DNA of 64,000 nucleotides from Octopus sinensis (GCF_006345805.1 NC_043017.1:26660001-26724000); one strand, 5' to 3'; numbered from the stretch's first letter, positions 38,541 to 52,159 are shown. Notes: a model not told the origin generated them from the sequence alone. A program made the numbers and translations.

Positions 38541-40585
38541 AACCCCATTCCTCCAAGCTACTTAACTGTATGCATATAGGAGAGAAGTGACCAAAATTCA
38601 ATATCAATTGTCCAGTTTCAGCTAGTCAATCTGTACATAAACTTGATAGCGATCTCAGCCATGCATTCTATACAAAATCAAATGATCTTTCACGCCTGAA
38701 CCGAAAAAGATTATACTGCTACTCAATGTTCCTCAAAGCTTCTAAAGATTGTACAAATGTGATACCGGTTATGCTTAATATGATTAACCCTTCATATATG
38801 CACTCAGCATTTTTTTTTTATTTCTATTCATACATAAATATACTGATACATAGGTGCATACATTCATGTATACATGATACATACATACATACATACATAC
38901 ATAGAATACATACATACATACATACATAGAATATATACAGCTTCGCGTGTATCTGACATTTCATCCTGTGTTAGCGGACCAATTATTCGTTATTTGGACA
39001 GATTTTGGCAGACTTTGCCTACACTTTCTATATGTATGTATACACACGGGTGAAAACACGCACACACACACCTGTTTCTCCGTCGAGATTTTTGCAAAGA
39101 GAAACAGTGCAGCAGAGATATACGTGGGATTTTCACAGAATGAAATATTACATGATTGCATTGTCAATACTTGCTCAGCGAGTTTGCTTAAACGACATAG
39201 CTCCAAAGCAGTTTTACTACTAGAAATATAAGCACCTCAAATGTTCGTAAACATAATGTAATAGCGTTCATGTATAATTGAATATGGATGAAAAAGCGGT
39301 TGCTTTAATTACACTTCAGTAAATGATAATATTTTATCGATGCTTTAGATTACTGCAGAATAATTTTTCCGCATTATAAATTTAGCTGAATTATCTACTA
39401 AGCATCTTAGAGAAAGAAGTATATTAATATTTCCTAAAGATGTTCTTCCACTAGGATCTCTATATATGCACATACAAATACATATTTTTATACACAAATA
39501 CACTTGTATACTTGTATGAGTGAGTGTGCGTTGTGTGTGTGTATGTGCGTGAGTATCTGTTGTGTGTATGTGCGTGAGTATCTGTTCTGTGTATGTGTAT
39601 GTGTACATATATACACATACATAGATCTATATATCCACACATTTTCGTATATCGCAATATGTCTGCGTGCACGTTTTCCTTGGTGTATTGTAAATATCTG
39701 TAGTTGCTTCTATACATACATACATACGCACACACAATTACCAAAAACACACACTCACAAACACACGCAATCACATCTACAAATCTACATCACATTCAGC
39801 CACTCATAGTCCTACGAGTACGTACACGTTTTTCTGTATGTGTAAGCAAAAATAATTTTCCCTTTAAATGTTTCATTAATCTCCTAAATTTGAATTGTTT
39901 TTCTTTTTTGCTGACAAACTCATTTACTTGGTAATTCAATTTGGGATTAAATTAACCTTTTTCATCAATGCATCCTCCCTATTATGATTACTATCTCTAC
40001 ATTCATCAATAAAAACAGTTGTGATCATAACTACACTATTAGCCACTCAATATATCTTTATTGAATTCTGCTTTTGGCACAGAGCCAGTTGTGTTTGACG
40101 ATGTACATTGTTGATTGAGATGAGCCCATTTTATTAACAGGTAATTATTTGATCGATTCGATAGGGATGGAAGTTGAAATTACTGTCTGCAAAATATGAC
40201 CCCGAAACATTAAAAAGATATAATATGAAAACATATATTAAATATTTATATATATTAAATATATTAAATATTTTATAATTATCGTGTCTCAGAACGATTG
40301 CAAGGCGCCTTGAGACGAATAAAAGGAAGAAAACTAGGAGTAATTTAATAGTCTTTGTACGTTATATGTTCAATTATTTACCTCATTTGAACACACAACC
40401 ATACATACACACACATATTTAAATACATGCATTCATACATGTATGCATACACATAAACATACATACATATATACACGTACTTTTACACACAAATAGATGT
40501 TAACAGAAATATACTTAATTGTGAATGGATGTGACAAAAAGTCTAATATTTGTGTCTATACATTCATATATATGTATGTGAGTAC

Positions 40586-40619
<34 letters not shown>

Positions 40620-42351
40620 ATAAAAATATAGATAAAAAAATACAAAATGGGACAAGAACGCAAAACATTAAAAAGACGATACAAAAAACGGAAGGGTCAT
40701 TCGAAGCCTCTAATCTTCAGTCAAGAACCGGATCATCCTCGCAATTTCGGCTGATTAATCTTGAGATTGCTCCGATCTGGCCAGCCCCAAGGAAAAACTA
40801 AGCTACGAGCATTAGATTTCTTGGAAAAGGATCGAATTTATACGAAACTAGGACAGAAAAACGGACGATGTTACACGAATATAAATACAAAGAAACAAAA
40901 AGTAATATGAATATAAATACAAAAACAATAATAATAATAATAACAGGACAAAAACAACGGTCGTCTTTCGACTTTAGGCAGTTCAACTTAGCTGGCGTAT
41001 TTGAAAAATAATACCTTACGGCAGACGAAAATATCGGTGTTGTTATGGCGCTGGTCAGAACCGAAAGGCTATAGTTGACTGGCGGTCACGTGAGAAGAGA
41101 ACAGAAAGAAAAAAGGGCAAAAAAATTAAAGAGAGGGAGAAGAGAGAGAAAGAGAGGGACAAAGGTATTAAGGAAGGCGAGAAGAGAGAGAAAGAAGGAA
41201 TCAGGGAAATGGAGAAGAAAGAGAGCAGTGCCAAGGATTGGCGGGACAAAAGAAAGGCAGAGTCAGTGAAGTGCAGAGTAAGAAAGGCAGAGAAATGTGA
41301 GAGAGTGGGGAAAGAGGAAACCAAAGAATCAAAGAGGCGAGAAAAGAGAAAGACAGAGACAAGTGAAGTACAGAGAAAGTATATTTATATACATATGGTA
41401 TTTTTATATAGGCTGAAAGCATATAGTGGTGACTGTGCGATGACTAAGGTAAATAATCTTATAAAGGAGCATATAAGCCCTCGACAGAAAAAAGTGGTTT
41501 TCCTATCCGCGTGGGAGTCGAACCCAAATCCCTTTGTAAACATGACTAAATGTGTTACCTTTACACAAGAGAATCAGTCACCCCATTCCTCTCAGATTTG
41601 AGAACTATAGTAGTTCGTGCTTGTTTTTATGTAACACACTTTCTATATGCTTTCGGTGCAAATGGTTTTTTATACGGCGCCCAGTTTACAATCCTTTAAA
41701 TATTAATACTATAATTTTTATATAAGCTTACAACTTATGGCGATCAGCGTGCAATGACTAAGGAAAATAGGCTAATAATAGGAATATAAGCTGGTGTAAA
41801 GGTAACACACTTAGCCACGTTAACAAAGGGAGGTGAGTTCGACTCCCACGCGGATAAGAAAGCTTTCTATTTTTTCTGACGAATGCTTATATGCCCCTTT
41901 ATGAGACTATAAAAAAACAATTTGCACCGAATGTATATGTATATACACACATACCCACATATGAATATGCATGAATATAAATATATACATATATATATGC
42001 ATATATATTTACATGGACAGAACCAAGTAGACGCACCACGTACAAACATATACACTTCCTGTATATATATATATATATATCCGCGTAGGTTTGTTTATAT
42101 GATTTGGTTTCAGAAAGTTCTGTTATATATAAGGACAGTGATTTATTTCTTATTAATAAAACCAACTCTACTACAAATTATATATGTAAATACCAAAGTA
42201 TTTGGCATTTACATATATAATACCAAGTAAAATAAAATTGTTGAATTTGGGGATGGTCATGTTGCCGGTTTAGCCAATAAAAACACACGCACTATATATT
42301 TGGTGTTAATTTGCTTCAGCCTTATTTTACTTTTTACATTAATCGTATTTC

Positions 42352-42396
42352 GGCCAGAGTTCTTTCGTCACACTTCTGTGACCTCATCAGTGGTCC
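42352..42396 (-). ncRNA. Solo type I hammerhead-like motif
   Basis: Minus strand reads ggacca CUGAUGA g gucac-agaagu-gugac GAAA gaac UC uggcc. Stem I is cca/ugg plus gg/cc, and stem II is 5 bp after one extra purine. Confidence 0.6.
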
Positions 42397-43479
42397 TTTG
42401 CTTTCTTCTTATTTGTGTGTCTTCCTTACTATCAGCCCAAGAATCTTGCAAAAGGAATATATAAAAGAAAATTTATTTTATTTCTGTGAGTTAATAAACT
42501 CTGCCTTCCATGCTACTTACGTAATTTCGTTTTCTATGTATAATCGGTCTCATTGAAATACAACTGAATTTTTTTCAATGCAGAAATGGGCAAAGTTAAG
42601 GATGATTAGGAATTGTACGAAACAAATATAAAGGTTCTTACATCTAAGAATACTCTTTGATTTGTCTGATTACCAATGTCATCAATGTTGACTTATATAC
42701 AAAATTTATAACGTTGAATGAAAATGCGTTCCTAACAAATACCAATTATTCCTTAATATCCTAAAATTGCTGCAATTTAAAATTTCGAATATATGAGACA
42801 TTTTCTTTGATATACATTTCATAAGCGAACATTATAAGTGGAATTTAGTTGTTGAATGCCAAGTATCGATTAAGTTAAGATTCGGGCAAGAAAACTAATT
42901 CTTCCGATTTATTTTTACTGCAAACCCTGGAATATTATTAACTAGAGAATGGTTTAATGTCTCGACGTATAATGAAAGACGTTTCTCCACAAAAAGTTGG
43001 TGTGTGTTGCAGCACCAAGACTTGCGGAAATACATTATATGAATAAAAATGGTATAAGTGGATAATATTTTGGATAGCTTTAAATGAATCCGGTATTTAA
43101 GATCGCAACAGCCGATGGACGTGGGTCTAATCTACGACCAAAATATTACGTGAACCTCAACGTCTTTTTTCTTTTTATAAAATAATGGTAAATGAAATGT
43201 GTTTTGGTAAATCAATCTCAATTAAATGCTACAGATTTTGACACAGATTATATATTTTTACGTGTGTTTATGCGTTTGTATATATACAGAGAGTGAAAGA
43301 GAGGGAGTGAGAGAAAGAGAGATACACATATGTTAATATCTCTGTCATTTTATATGTGTTGCTTCTCTGCATTTTATGATAATCTCATTATATTATAATT
43401 GTGTTTTGTGCTTTTTTTATCTTTCACGTATATACATAACCAACTTCTAAATTATAATTTATGTAATTTTTATATTTAG

Positions 43480-43631
43480 TTCCATACCATGCATCCGGGT
43501 TATACCTTCGTACACGTACATCATATACAGCATCAAAAATATGCTTTACTAAAACTGCCAACCCTAAGTTGGTCAAAGAAGTAGTTGATATGTCCACAGT
43601 CTCCGAAGAAAATCAAAACTTTGAATGGTGA
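43480..43631 (+). CDS. Candidate terminal exon (phase 1) ending at TGA 43629-43631
   Basis: Acceptor aatttttatatttag. Open as PYHASGLYLRTRTSYTASKICFTKTANPKLVKEVVDMSTVSEENQNFEW*, followed by about 900 bp of repeat-free AT-rich sequence and AATAAA at 44519. Confidence 0.33.
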
Positions 43632-45689
43632 ATGATTCAACAACATTTACTATCATTTCCTTCTATCACCACCAGCTCATTGCTAAACAAGGAAGGAAGA
43701 TCTCTCCGATTTGACAACATATCGTTTCTTCTACTGCTTGCTAAATCAGCTGTAGATCACCTTATACGTCATACCCATATCATTTAGATTTATCAACGTA
43801 ACATCGTCTCCAATAGTCGCATACTGTCATTAAACGACAGTCTATTTTGACTTGTACGTTGTACCAAGTTTCTCTAGTTTCAAGCTGTCAAACATTACCT
43901 GAAACGTTATAAAATACTCCTCGTATTATGTACTAAATCAGTTTGCCAATTCCATCTTTGTGTTCCGGAACATGTTCAATCAATTTTCAAAGGAAAATGT
44001 TACATACATAAACATACATGTGTATACATTGTGATATAGTTATATCCATTCAAAATAATTTGTTTATGTAAATGTAATAATCTTTGAAGTATGAATACAA
44101 TATTTTTAATTTATATTTACTCCTAAAAATCATACTTCGCATTTTTGTTTTGAAACATTGAAAACTTAATTATTTTAAATAGATTTTATCTTGGAACATT
44201 TATTTAAAAGCTTTGACATGTCGTTAAAATGAACTACAGTAAATCAGTATCAAAGTTTATGCATATAGTCATGTTTATGTGTTTTGCTTCTAGTTTTGTA
44301 TATATGTATTTCATTGACTGTTGCTGTAAACTTTATATTGTCTAATAATACATAAAGTGAACGAATTACTTAAATGTATTATGGTATTATAATTATTATA
44401 TGTAAGTTGATTCATGTGCATAGTAACGCATTAAAAATTGTTTGACGTTCAAGTACAGAATTTGAATGAAGTTTTAAGCTGATCAATATCAACTATATTC
44501 CAATAGCTTCGTACTTAAAATAAAAATATTTTGTAAAGAAAATGGAAGCATGATCTGTTGCTTAGTAGAGAGAAACAATAAACATATATGTATGGAAATA
44601 TATTACTATTTTAAATACATGCATTAACTCTATATTTCCAGGTAAAAAGCGGAATGTCAGAGAAGTTACGCAATTAACAAAATGGCTGCCTTACCTAATC
44701 TCACTCCCTTAATACTGCGCTCAAATCACGTCAAGATCAATTTGATCTAAAACCTTCCCTGGTTGATAGAAATTTATTTCTGTAAGACGGTCGAGGGGTA
44801 GAATATGTGGAGCTCCAGACGGAGCTGCTTCTTTGTTTGTTGCAGTTATTTGTACTCTTTGCTTTGGTAGTAGCCTTGAACTTTTAATCGCTTAAAACCA
44901 GGGTATCCTGTGTTGCCCTTCTGCGGAAATAACACTTATGCAACTATACAGTACTGATCGCTCACGTCAGTTCCTGCGGCCTTGGGAGATATTCATAGGT
45001 ACTTTTCTCTCCGCCTATTTATCTGCCTCAAATCAAATAAAGTATCAGACCAGTACTGCACTGAGACTGTATTTAATTTAAGTCAGATAAATCAAATGCA
45101 ATGCCACCAGAGATGTAAATCGAACTTACAACCAAAAGAAAATTATCTAGTTCATACCATCTATTTCGAACAGCACGTAAGGGATTCTGTATATCAACCG
45201 CTTTTAGTTGGTTTCCAATTTCTGTCACTGAAAATAAAGCAGGACAATTCGTCCGGAATATAATGCATGTAAGATATTTTTGACTAAAAGCAAAATATGA
45301 CATATAATTCCTATTCAAGTTGTCTGACTTCACGATATGAAATCTGTCGGAAGCTTTTCGACCATGACAGTTGGCGTTTATCACAGCCTCATCACTCATG
45401 GAGAACAGTTACATTAGAATTTGTTTAAATCATTTTAGTTTTCTTATTGGGTACTTGAACTATTTCTATAGCATTATTTATATATTATTCAATATAGACC
45501 GTCTGGAAGTTAAGGTCTGCCGTTTGCCGATAGAGATCAAATCAATCGATATATACTGTAGCTACAAATAGAAAAGAACAAATGTAAAACATTTTCTTAT
45601 GTCCATGAGAAAATAACTGTTTCGCTTCTAATATAAATGCAAGGCTTGTATTTTGTAGAGTGTAATAGGCTTTTATTATTGATTGGGAC

Positions 45690-45780
45690 ACGCCTGGTTT
45701 TAGGTTCTCAGTTCAAGTACAGTCGGCATCTGCTTTGCCTTTCATCCTTTTGTAGCCAATTAAATGAGTACCAAGATCTG
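45690..45780 (+). mobile_element. SINE family B core fragment
   Basis: cagttcaag...ctttgcctttcatccttttgtagccaattaaatgagtaccaag. Confidence 0.7.
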
Positions 45781-46610
45781 AAAAATACAACAAACTACAG
45801 AAACCCATCAGGACAACAAATAATGGAAAAACAGTATGTGAAAGATTTAGGCATCCACATGGGAACCAACCTAAAATTCAGAGAACACCTTGACTCATTC
45901 TGTCTTACTGCAAGAAAGTACAGCGGGTGGATCTTGCCCACCTTCAAATCAAGAGATACCTCAACAATGAAAACCCTCTGGAACAGTATGATACTTCCGA
46001 GGATTGACTACTGTTCTCAGTTGTGGTCACCAACAACAAAGGGCCAACTATCTAAGATAGAATCGCTCCAAAGAAATTTTACCTCATACTTCTCAGAAAC
46101 GAGGGACCTGGACTATTGGCAAAGACTCAAAACCTTGAGGATGTACTCAATAGAAAGAAGATTTGAGCGATACCGAATTATATACATTTGGAAAATGATA
46201 GAGCAGAAGGTGCCAAACTTTGGTATCAAAACCTACCACTCACTGCGCCACGGAAGACGCTGCCAGCTGCCACCAATCAACAAAAAGGCTGGCCAGGCAG
46301 CAAAAACCCTGCGAGAATCAAGTCTGTTGGTTCGAGGAGCACAACTGTTCAACTCCATTCCGGTACATGTCAGAAATCTATCAGGATGCAGTGTGGAATC
46401 ATTCAATTTGCAACTGGATAGATACTTAAGCACCATCAGAGATGAACCCCATCTCCCAGGATATACACAACGAGCACAAACTGACTCAAACTCGCTCCTA
46501 CACATGTCAAATTTAAGCAGAGAATACAACCTGGCAACCACACCAGACTCTGAGGGTGGAGTCTTCGACTTGGCCTGAGCATGGACTCAAACCCAAATGA
46601 AATGAAATCG
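45781..46610 (+). mobile_element. CR1-group LINE, 5'-truncated, with uninterrupted ORF2 C-terminus (stop at 46578)
   Basis: VKDLGIHM...SGWILPTFKSRD..TMKTLWNSMILPRIDYCSQLWSP...IESLQRNFT...LDYWQRLKTLRMYSIERRFERYRIIYIWK...GAQLFNSIP...QLDRYL..IRDEP, with a short (aatga)n tail. Confidence 0.92.
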
Positions 46611-46646
46611 ATTAGATGCCCAAACTCCCCGCAAATTTTCACGTCT

Positions 46647-46926
46647 TGTGCCTATAGATAGGAATGCATCTGGACTGCACAGAAGAGTGAAGGAAAAGAA
46701 ACATGATCACGTGGCGACAGAACGGATAGACGACAGTCATGTGTGAGCAAAGAGAGTTTCATATCGTTTGAATGGCTTCTACTCAACTCTACTCTCGATT
46801 CTACGACTGATACTCTGTTCAAGTCTACTGCTCTCGTCTCCGACTGCTACTCTGACGTCTAGACTTCTCCCTTTATATCTACGTATTGGGCTAGTCTACT
46901 TCATCGTCTGGAGGCGTCCACACAAC

Positions 46927-46927
<1 letters not shown>
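46647..46927 (-). mobile_element. Possible solo LTR
   Basis: The minus strand starts TGTTG and ends ACA, with a TATA-like gatataaaggg followed by a purine-rich tract. No target-site duplication seen. Confidence 0.35.
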
Positions 46928-46958
<31 letters not shown>

Positions 46959-47429
46959 GAAATGAAGAAGAGGGAGAAAGAGAGACAGAGACAAACTGAC
47001 GGATTCCTAACTGTCTCCTTTCCTATATTTTCTCTTACCAAAAATCTTCTTCCAGCGTTCGTTAATTTATGTCGTCTGAGCCTAACGGCCCCATCATTTT
47101 GGTTTCGTTTCGTTTGTTGTATATCCTGATTTGTTACCAAATTTGACCCTCTTCAAATATAAAATTTTATTTCAGTTCGCGGGAGCAACTGCCTTCAAAG
47201 CCTTATCTTGTCGTTCATTGCTTGAAATAAGGTGTAGAAGGACGGCCGACAACTGATGAAGGGTCATTTTATGTTACTTGTATTATTTTCCATTTGTTTC
47301 ACTCTTTGTGTACCAAATGTTATTTTCATATATCACATTGTTTACGTTCTGAGACTCCTGTGCCCATATATATGCCCATATATATGCCTATGTACATACA
47401 TGTGTATGGGTATATATGCATATATATAT

Positions 47430-47838
47430 ACTCTCTTTTACTCTCTTTTACTTGTTTCAGTTATTTGACTGCGGCCATGCACCACCTTTTAGTCGAGCAA
47501 ATCAACCCCGGGACTTATTCTTTGTAAGCCCAGTACTTATTCTATCGGTCTCTTATGCCGAACCGCTAAGTGACGGCGACGTAAACACACCAGCATCGGT
47601 TGTCAAGCAATGCTAGGGGGACAAACACAGACATACAAACGTACACACACACATATATATATATATACATATATACGACGGGCTTCTTTCAGTTTCCGTC
47701 TACCAAATCCACTCACAAGGCTTTGGTCGGCCCGATGCTATAGTAGAAGACACCTGCCCAAGATGCCGCGCAGTGGGACTGAACCCAGAACCATGTGGTT
47801 GGTAAGCAAGCTACTTACCACACAGCCACTCCTGCGCC
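47430..47838 (-). mobile_element. SINE family A, full length, young
   Basis: Near-identical to the reverse complement of 31606-32015. Confidence 0.95.
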
Positions 47839-48346
47839 TATATATATAATTTATGCGAATGTGAGTGTTAAACAGAATAACATATGGTTAATTATGATAT
47901 GCATGTAATATTTTAATATTTTTATTATAATTTAGTCTTCAATGAATTACGGCGCATCGATTTTTTCGAAAGCAGAATACAACATGTAATAGTTTTCGAT
48001 GTGTAAAATATATTGAATATTATTGAAAGATATTTATTGTCTGCGAATTATAGATATTTTTTATAAACGTATGGTAACTCATCAATATAACATTGCGAAT
48101 ATTCTATATACGTTAATTTCAGCACTTATACATAACAAATATTCTAATTTATATTTATTCGAGTATACACGCATAAAAGTATCAATAATTTACATACATA
48201 CAGACACATTAGAATAACAATCACTTACAAAGAAACACGCACGCACTCACTCACATGTATATATGTGCTTGTGTGTGCGTGTGTGTGAGTGTATAGATAT
48301 AGAAATAGCTACCTTATACCAGTCTATCTCTCTATCTACTTATCTG

Positions 48347-48392
<46 letters not shown>

Positions 48393-48506
48393 AATTTATC
48401 TATATATCTATCTATTAATCGATCTAGATCTATACCTATGTATATGTGTATGTATCTATCGTATGCATACACACCTGACGGACGTGCTCATAATCGTGTA
48501 TCCATA

Positions 48507-48544
<38 letters not shown>

Positions 48545-48578
48545 ATATATATAAATATATAAATAAATATATATATAT

Positions 48579-48612
<34 letters not shown>

Positions 48613-48703
48613 ATATATATAAATAAATATATATATATATATATATCAGAAATATTAAATTCATAAGTATCTCATAGAGATATGTACGGTGGTGGAGCGA
48701 TAG

Positions 48704-49015
<312 letters not shown>

Positions 49016-49418
49016 GGCTGATAGAGATAGATATACACGTACATATACATGTGTGTGTGTGGTTGTATGTGGGTGTGTGTGGCCGTATGTATACACATAC
49101 GTATGCATACTTACGACATTAGGGGAAACAATATGTTCCTTCTTAATAACATTCAGTGATAACAATTTCAACCGTTATAGGATTTCAAATCGTAGCACCG
49201 TGACACAAATATCGAGCTTAGATATCAGCTTACAATTCCGGAAACAATATCACGCGAACATAATACGATCTCCCCTTTATATCACACATAACACCTATCA
49301 TACATTATGTAGCAAGATGTAGGACACCATCTTAATGTTTACGTATCATTTCACTCGATGTATGTAATTTGTATAATGCCACAATTCACCTTGCAACTCT
49401 GTTTTTTTTTCTTAATAG

Positions 49419-49639
49419 AACTGACAATTACTTTAAGCTGAAAAACAACATCCAGCTTAGTCGCATTTGTCATTGTTTGAGTCAAGCTCCACACACAATC
49501 ACGAACAGAAACCAACAAAGTTGCCTTAAGCTTCCAATTGTCGATGAAGAACAAACGCACAATAAAACTGACATGGATTTGGAGAGTTTTCTGATAAGAA
49601 AAACAAACAAGGAAGAAGCAATACGCGAAACGGCATTTT
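49419..49639 (+). CDS. Candidate exon, unlinked to the other candidates
   Basis: Strong acceptor ttttttttttcttaatag and 73 open codons (TDNYFKLKNNIQLSRICHCL...EAIRETAF). The donor gtacat is weak. Confidence 0.22.
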
Positions 49640-49679
49640 GTACATGTGTGCGTGTTTGTGTGAGGGCACGCTGCGCATG

Positions 49680-49683
49680 TATA

Positions 49684-49714
<31 letters not shown>

Positions 49715-49749
49715 AAACACACATATATATATATGAATATATATATGTT

Positions 49750-49789
<40 letters not shown>

Positions 49790-49837
49790 TATATATATAT
49801 ATATTATATATATACATACATACATATATATATATTC

Positions 49838-49869
<32 letters not shown>

Positions 49870-49895
49870 TATATATATATACAAACATATATGTA

Positions 49896-49929
<34 letters not shown>

Positions 49930-49941
49930 AACATATATATA

Positions 49942-50010
<69 letters not shown>

Positions 50011-50140
50011 GTATATGTGCCCGCATTCACACACACACGCATATATATATATATATGATATATATATATATATATTATATATATTTCTATATATATATGC
50101 ATATATATGTATAAGTATGCAAATATATACACATATATGT

Positions 50141-50191
<51 letters not shown>

Positions 50192-50220
50192 TATGCAAAT
50201 ATATACATATATATGTATAC

Positions 50221-50298
<78 letters not shown>
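49680..50298. repeat. About 620-bp interrupted (TA)n array
   Basis: Read directly from the sequence. Confidence 0.97.
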
Positions 50299-50891
50299 CA
50301 GAGCGAAAGAGGTAGCCAGGGAGTCGTACTATGTTTCTCTTCGCGAGTAAAAAAAGAAGCGTCAGCATAGAACATACTTCAAAACAAATTCGGTTTCTCC
50401 TGTCAAATGTAATGTTTAATCCCGATAAAAGTAGAAATCAATACTTTCTGATCTCAATAATATTTACACAAACACTTGTACACTTCGCAACTGGTGTAAA
50501 TAAGAATCGGGCTTAGTTTGTTCATTGCCAAACGTAGCTTATGATCTGACCTACGCTCCGTATGTTTGATTAGTTTCAAAAACATAAAATACATCACTAG
50601 CCTTCACATCATTTCATTGGAAGCAAACGGTTTTAAAACAGCTAAAGGCATACGTCAAGTTAATTTGTAAATCTATGCGTGTGTGTCTCAAACCAGGTAT
50701 AGTATGCAGGCTTAGATATAGCACCTTCATGCATACATATATACGTAGATAGGAACTTACACAGATACATATATGCAAAATACATGTGTAAAAATATGCA
50801 TGTAGATATGTATATGTATGTGTGTATGTATCTATCTATCTATTTGTCTATCAATCAATCTATTTATTTATACTCATACACATTGATATAT

Positions 50892-50938
<47 letters not shown>

Positions 50939-50999
50939 TATATATAAAAATATAAAACTTCTTTAGCAGGTATGGAAGTGCTGGACACATGTTTAAGGG

Positions 51000-51030
<31 letters not shown>

Positions 51031-51363
51031 ATATATATTTGCATGTATATACACACATGCTAATATGGATATATATGTAAATACACATAGAGCTATACAT
51101 ACATGCATGCATAAATATATGCTGGACCTGGAAATATTGGACAGAATATGCGCGGAGAACACTAAAAACATTGAACGTTATAAATTATGGCCGTTAACAA
51201 AGATACTTATCCGTCATGATTAAGAAGCGTTTATTAGTATTTATGTCAACCAGTGGATTGGCAAAGCTGCGGTCCAGTTCCAAAACATGAGCCTCTTGTA
51301 CACACACTCTGTCGGTCCACGTAAAAAAATCCGGCTCTCTGATAAATATAGTTATATGAAGAA

Positions 51364-51546
51364 GTGTTACATGGAAGATCACCAGAAAGTTCGAGTGATA
51401 TTCTCTTAGAACGCTTGACAACGATTCACAGAAGGTATTCGAAAATCCAAGTGACCAATTCAAGCGTTTTAAAGAGAGTTAAAGCTGGATCACTCACCGA
51501 TATCATTACTGAGCCTAAATTGAAACTAGCACGTCATATACTTTGA
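51364..51546 (+). mobile_element. Degraded RTE-like LINE fragment
   Basis: HRRYSKIQVTNSSVLKRVKAGSLTDIITEPKLKLARHIL resembles the RTE pattern RRIL.I.W...VTN.EVL.R...L...I..R.L...GHI. Confidence 0.5.
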
Positions 51547-52159
51547 TAACCAGCACGAGGTTTTTGTAAAACAGCTTTCGTATCACTAAAGGAAATAAAA
51601 TATGAGATGTAGATCGAAAACTGCATGTCACTAAACGTTCGTAACCGACATAAATGAGGTCGATATCACATGGGTGGATGAGAGAAAATTTCAGCCAACC
51701 CAGTGTGTTCCAGAGCGCAAGAGTAACTCACGCTAATGTACAAGGCCCAACAAGAGGGAAATGCACAAGGTAGTTCAGTTAAACCCACCTGAATGTATCT
51801 CTAATATATGCGTGTAAACAAATATTTCTTCATATTGTATACCGGAAAATTGCTTTCTGAAAATATATTTCAATTTTATTTTAATATATTTTAATAAAAC
51901 AAATGCATAAAATTAAGTTAAATGGAAATATTTAGGTAGATAATAGAAATACGTATGAAATACCATTGCAATTATGATAGAATGTGAGTACCTGTGTTTG
52001 AGATCGGAATCACAATATTTAACACATATTTGGCAAGATGTGATCTAGCAGCAATTATTGTGCATTCCTTCTAATATTTATGTGACATACAAGCAATCTC
52101 TTTTTCTCTCTGTTTCTCTCACCCTTTCCACCTCTTTCCGTCTCAAAATTTTATCTCTA

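Noticed and set aside
40690-40790. Minus-strand CTGAAGA and a separate ggctg/cagcc-GAAA stem
   Set aside because: The CTGAAGA is followed by GAAT with no stem II, and the GAAA stem lacks an upstream core, so no complete hammerhead can be drawn.
47245-47320. CTGATGA-A-GGG start of a hammerhead
   Set aside because: No downstream GAAA or pairing partner remains.
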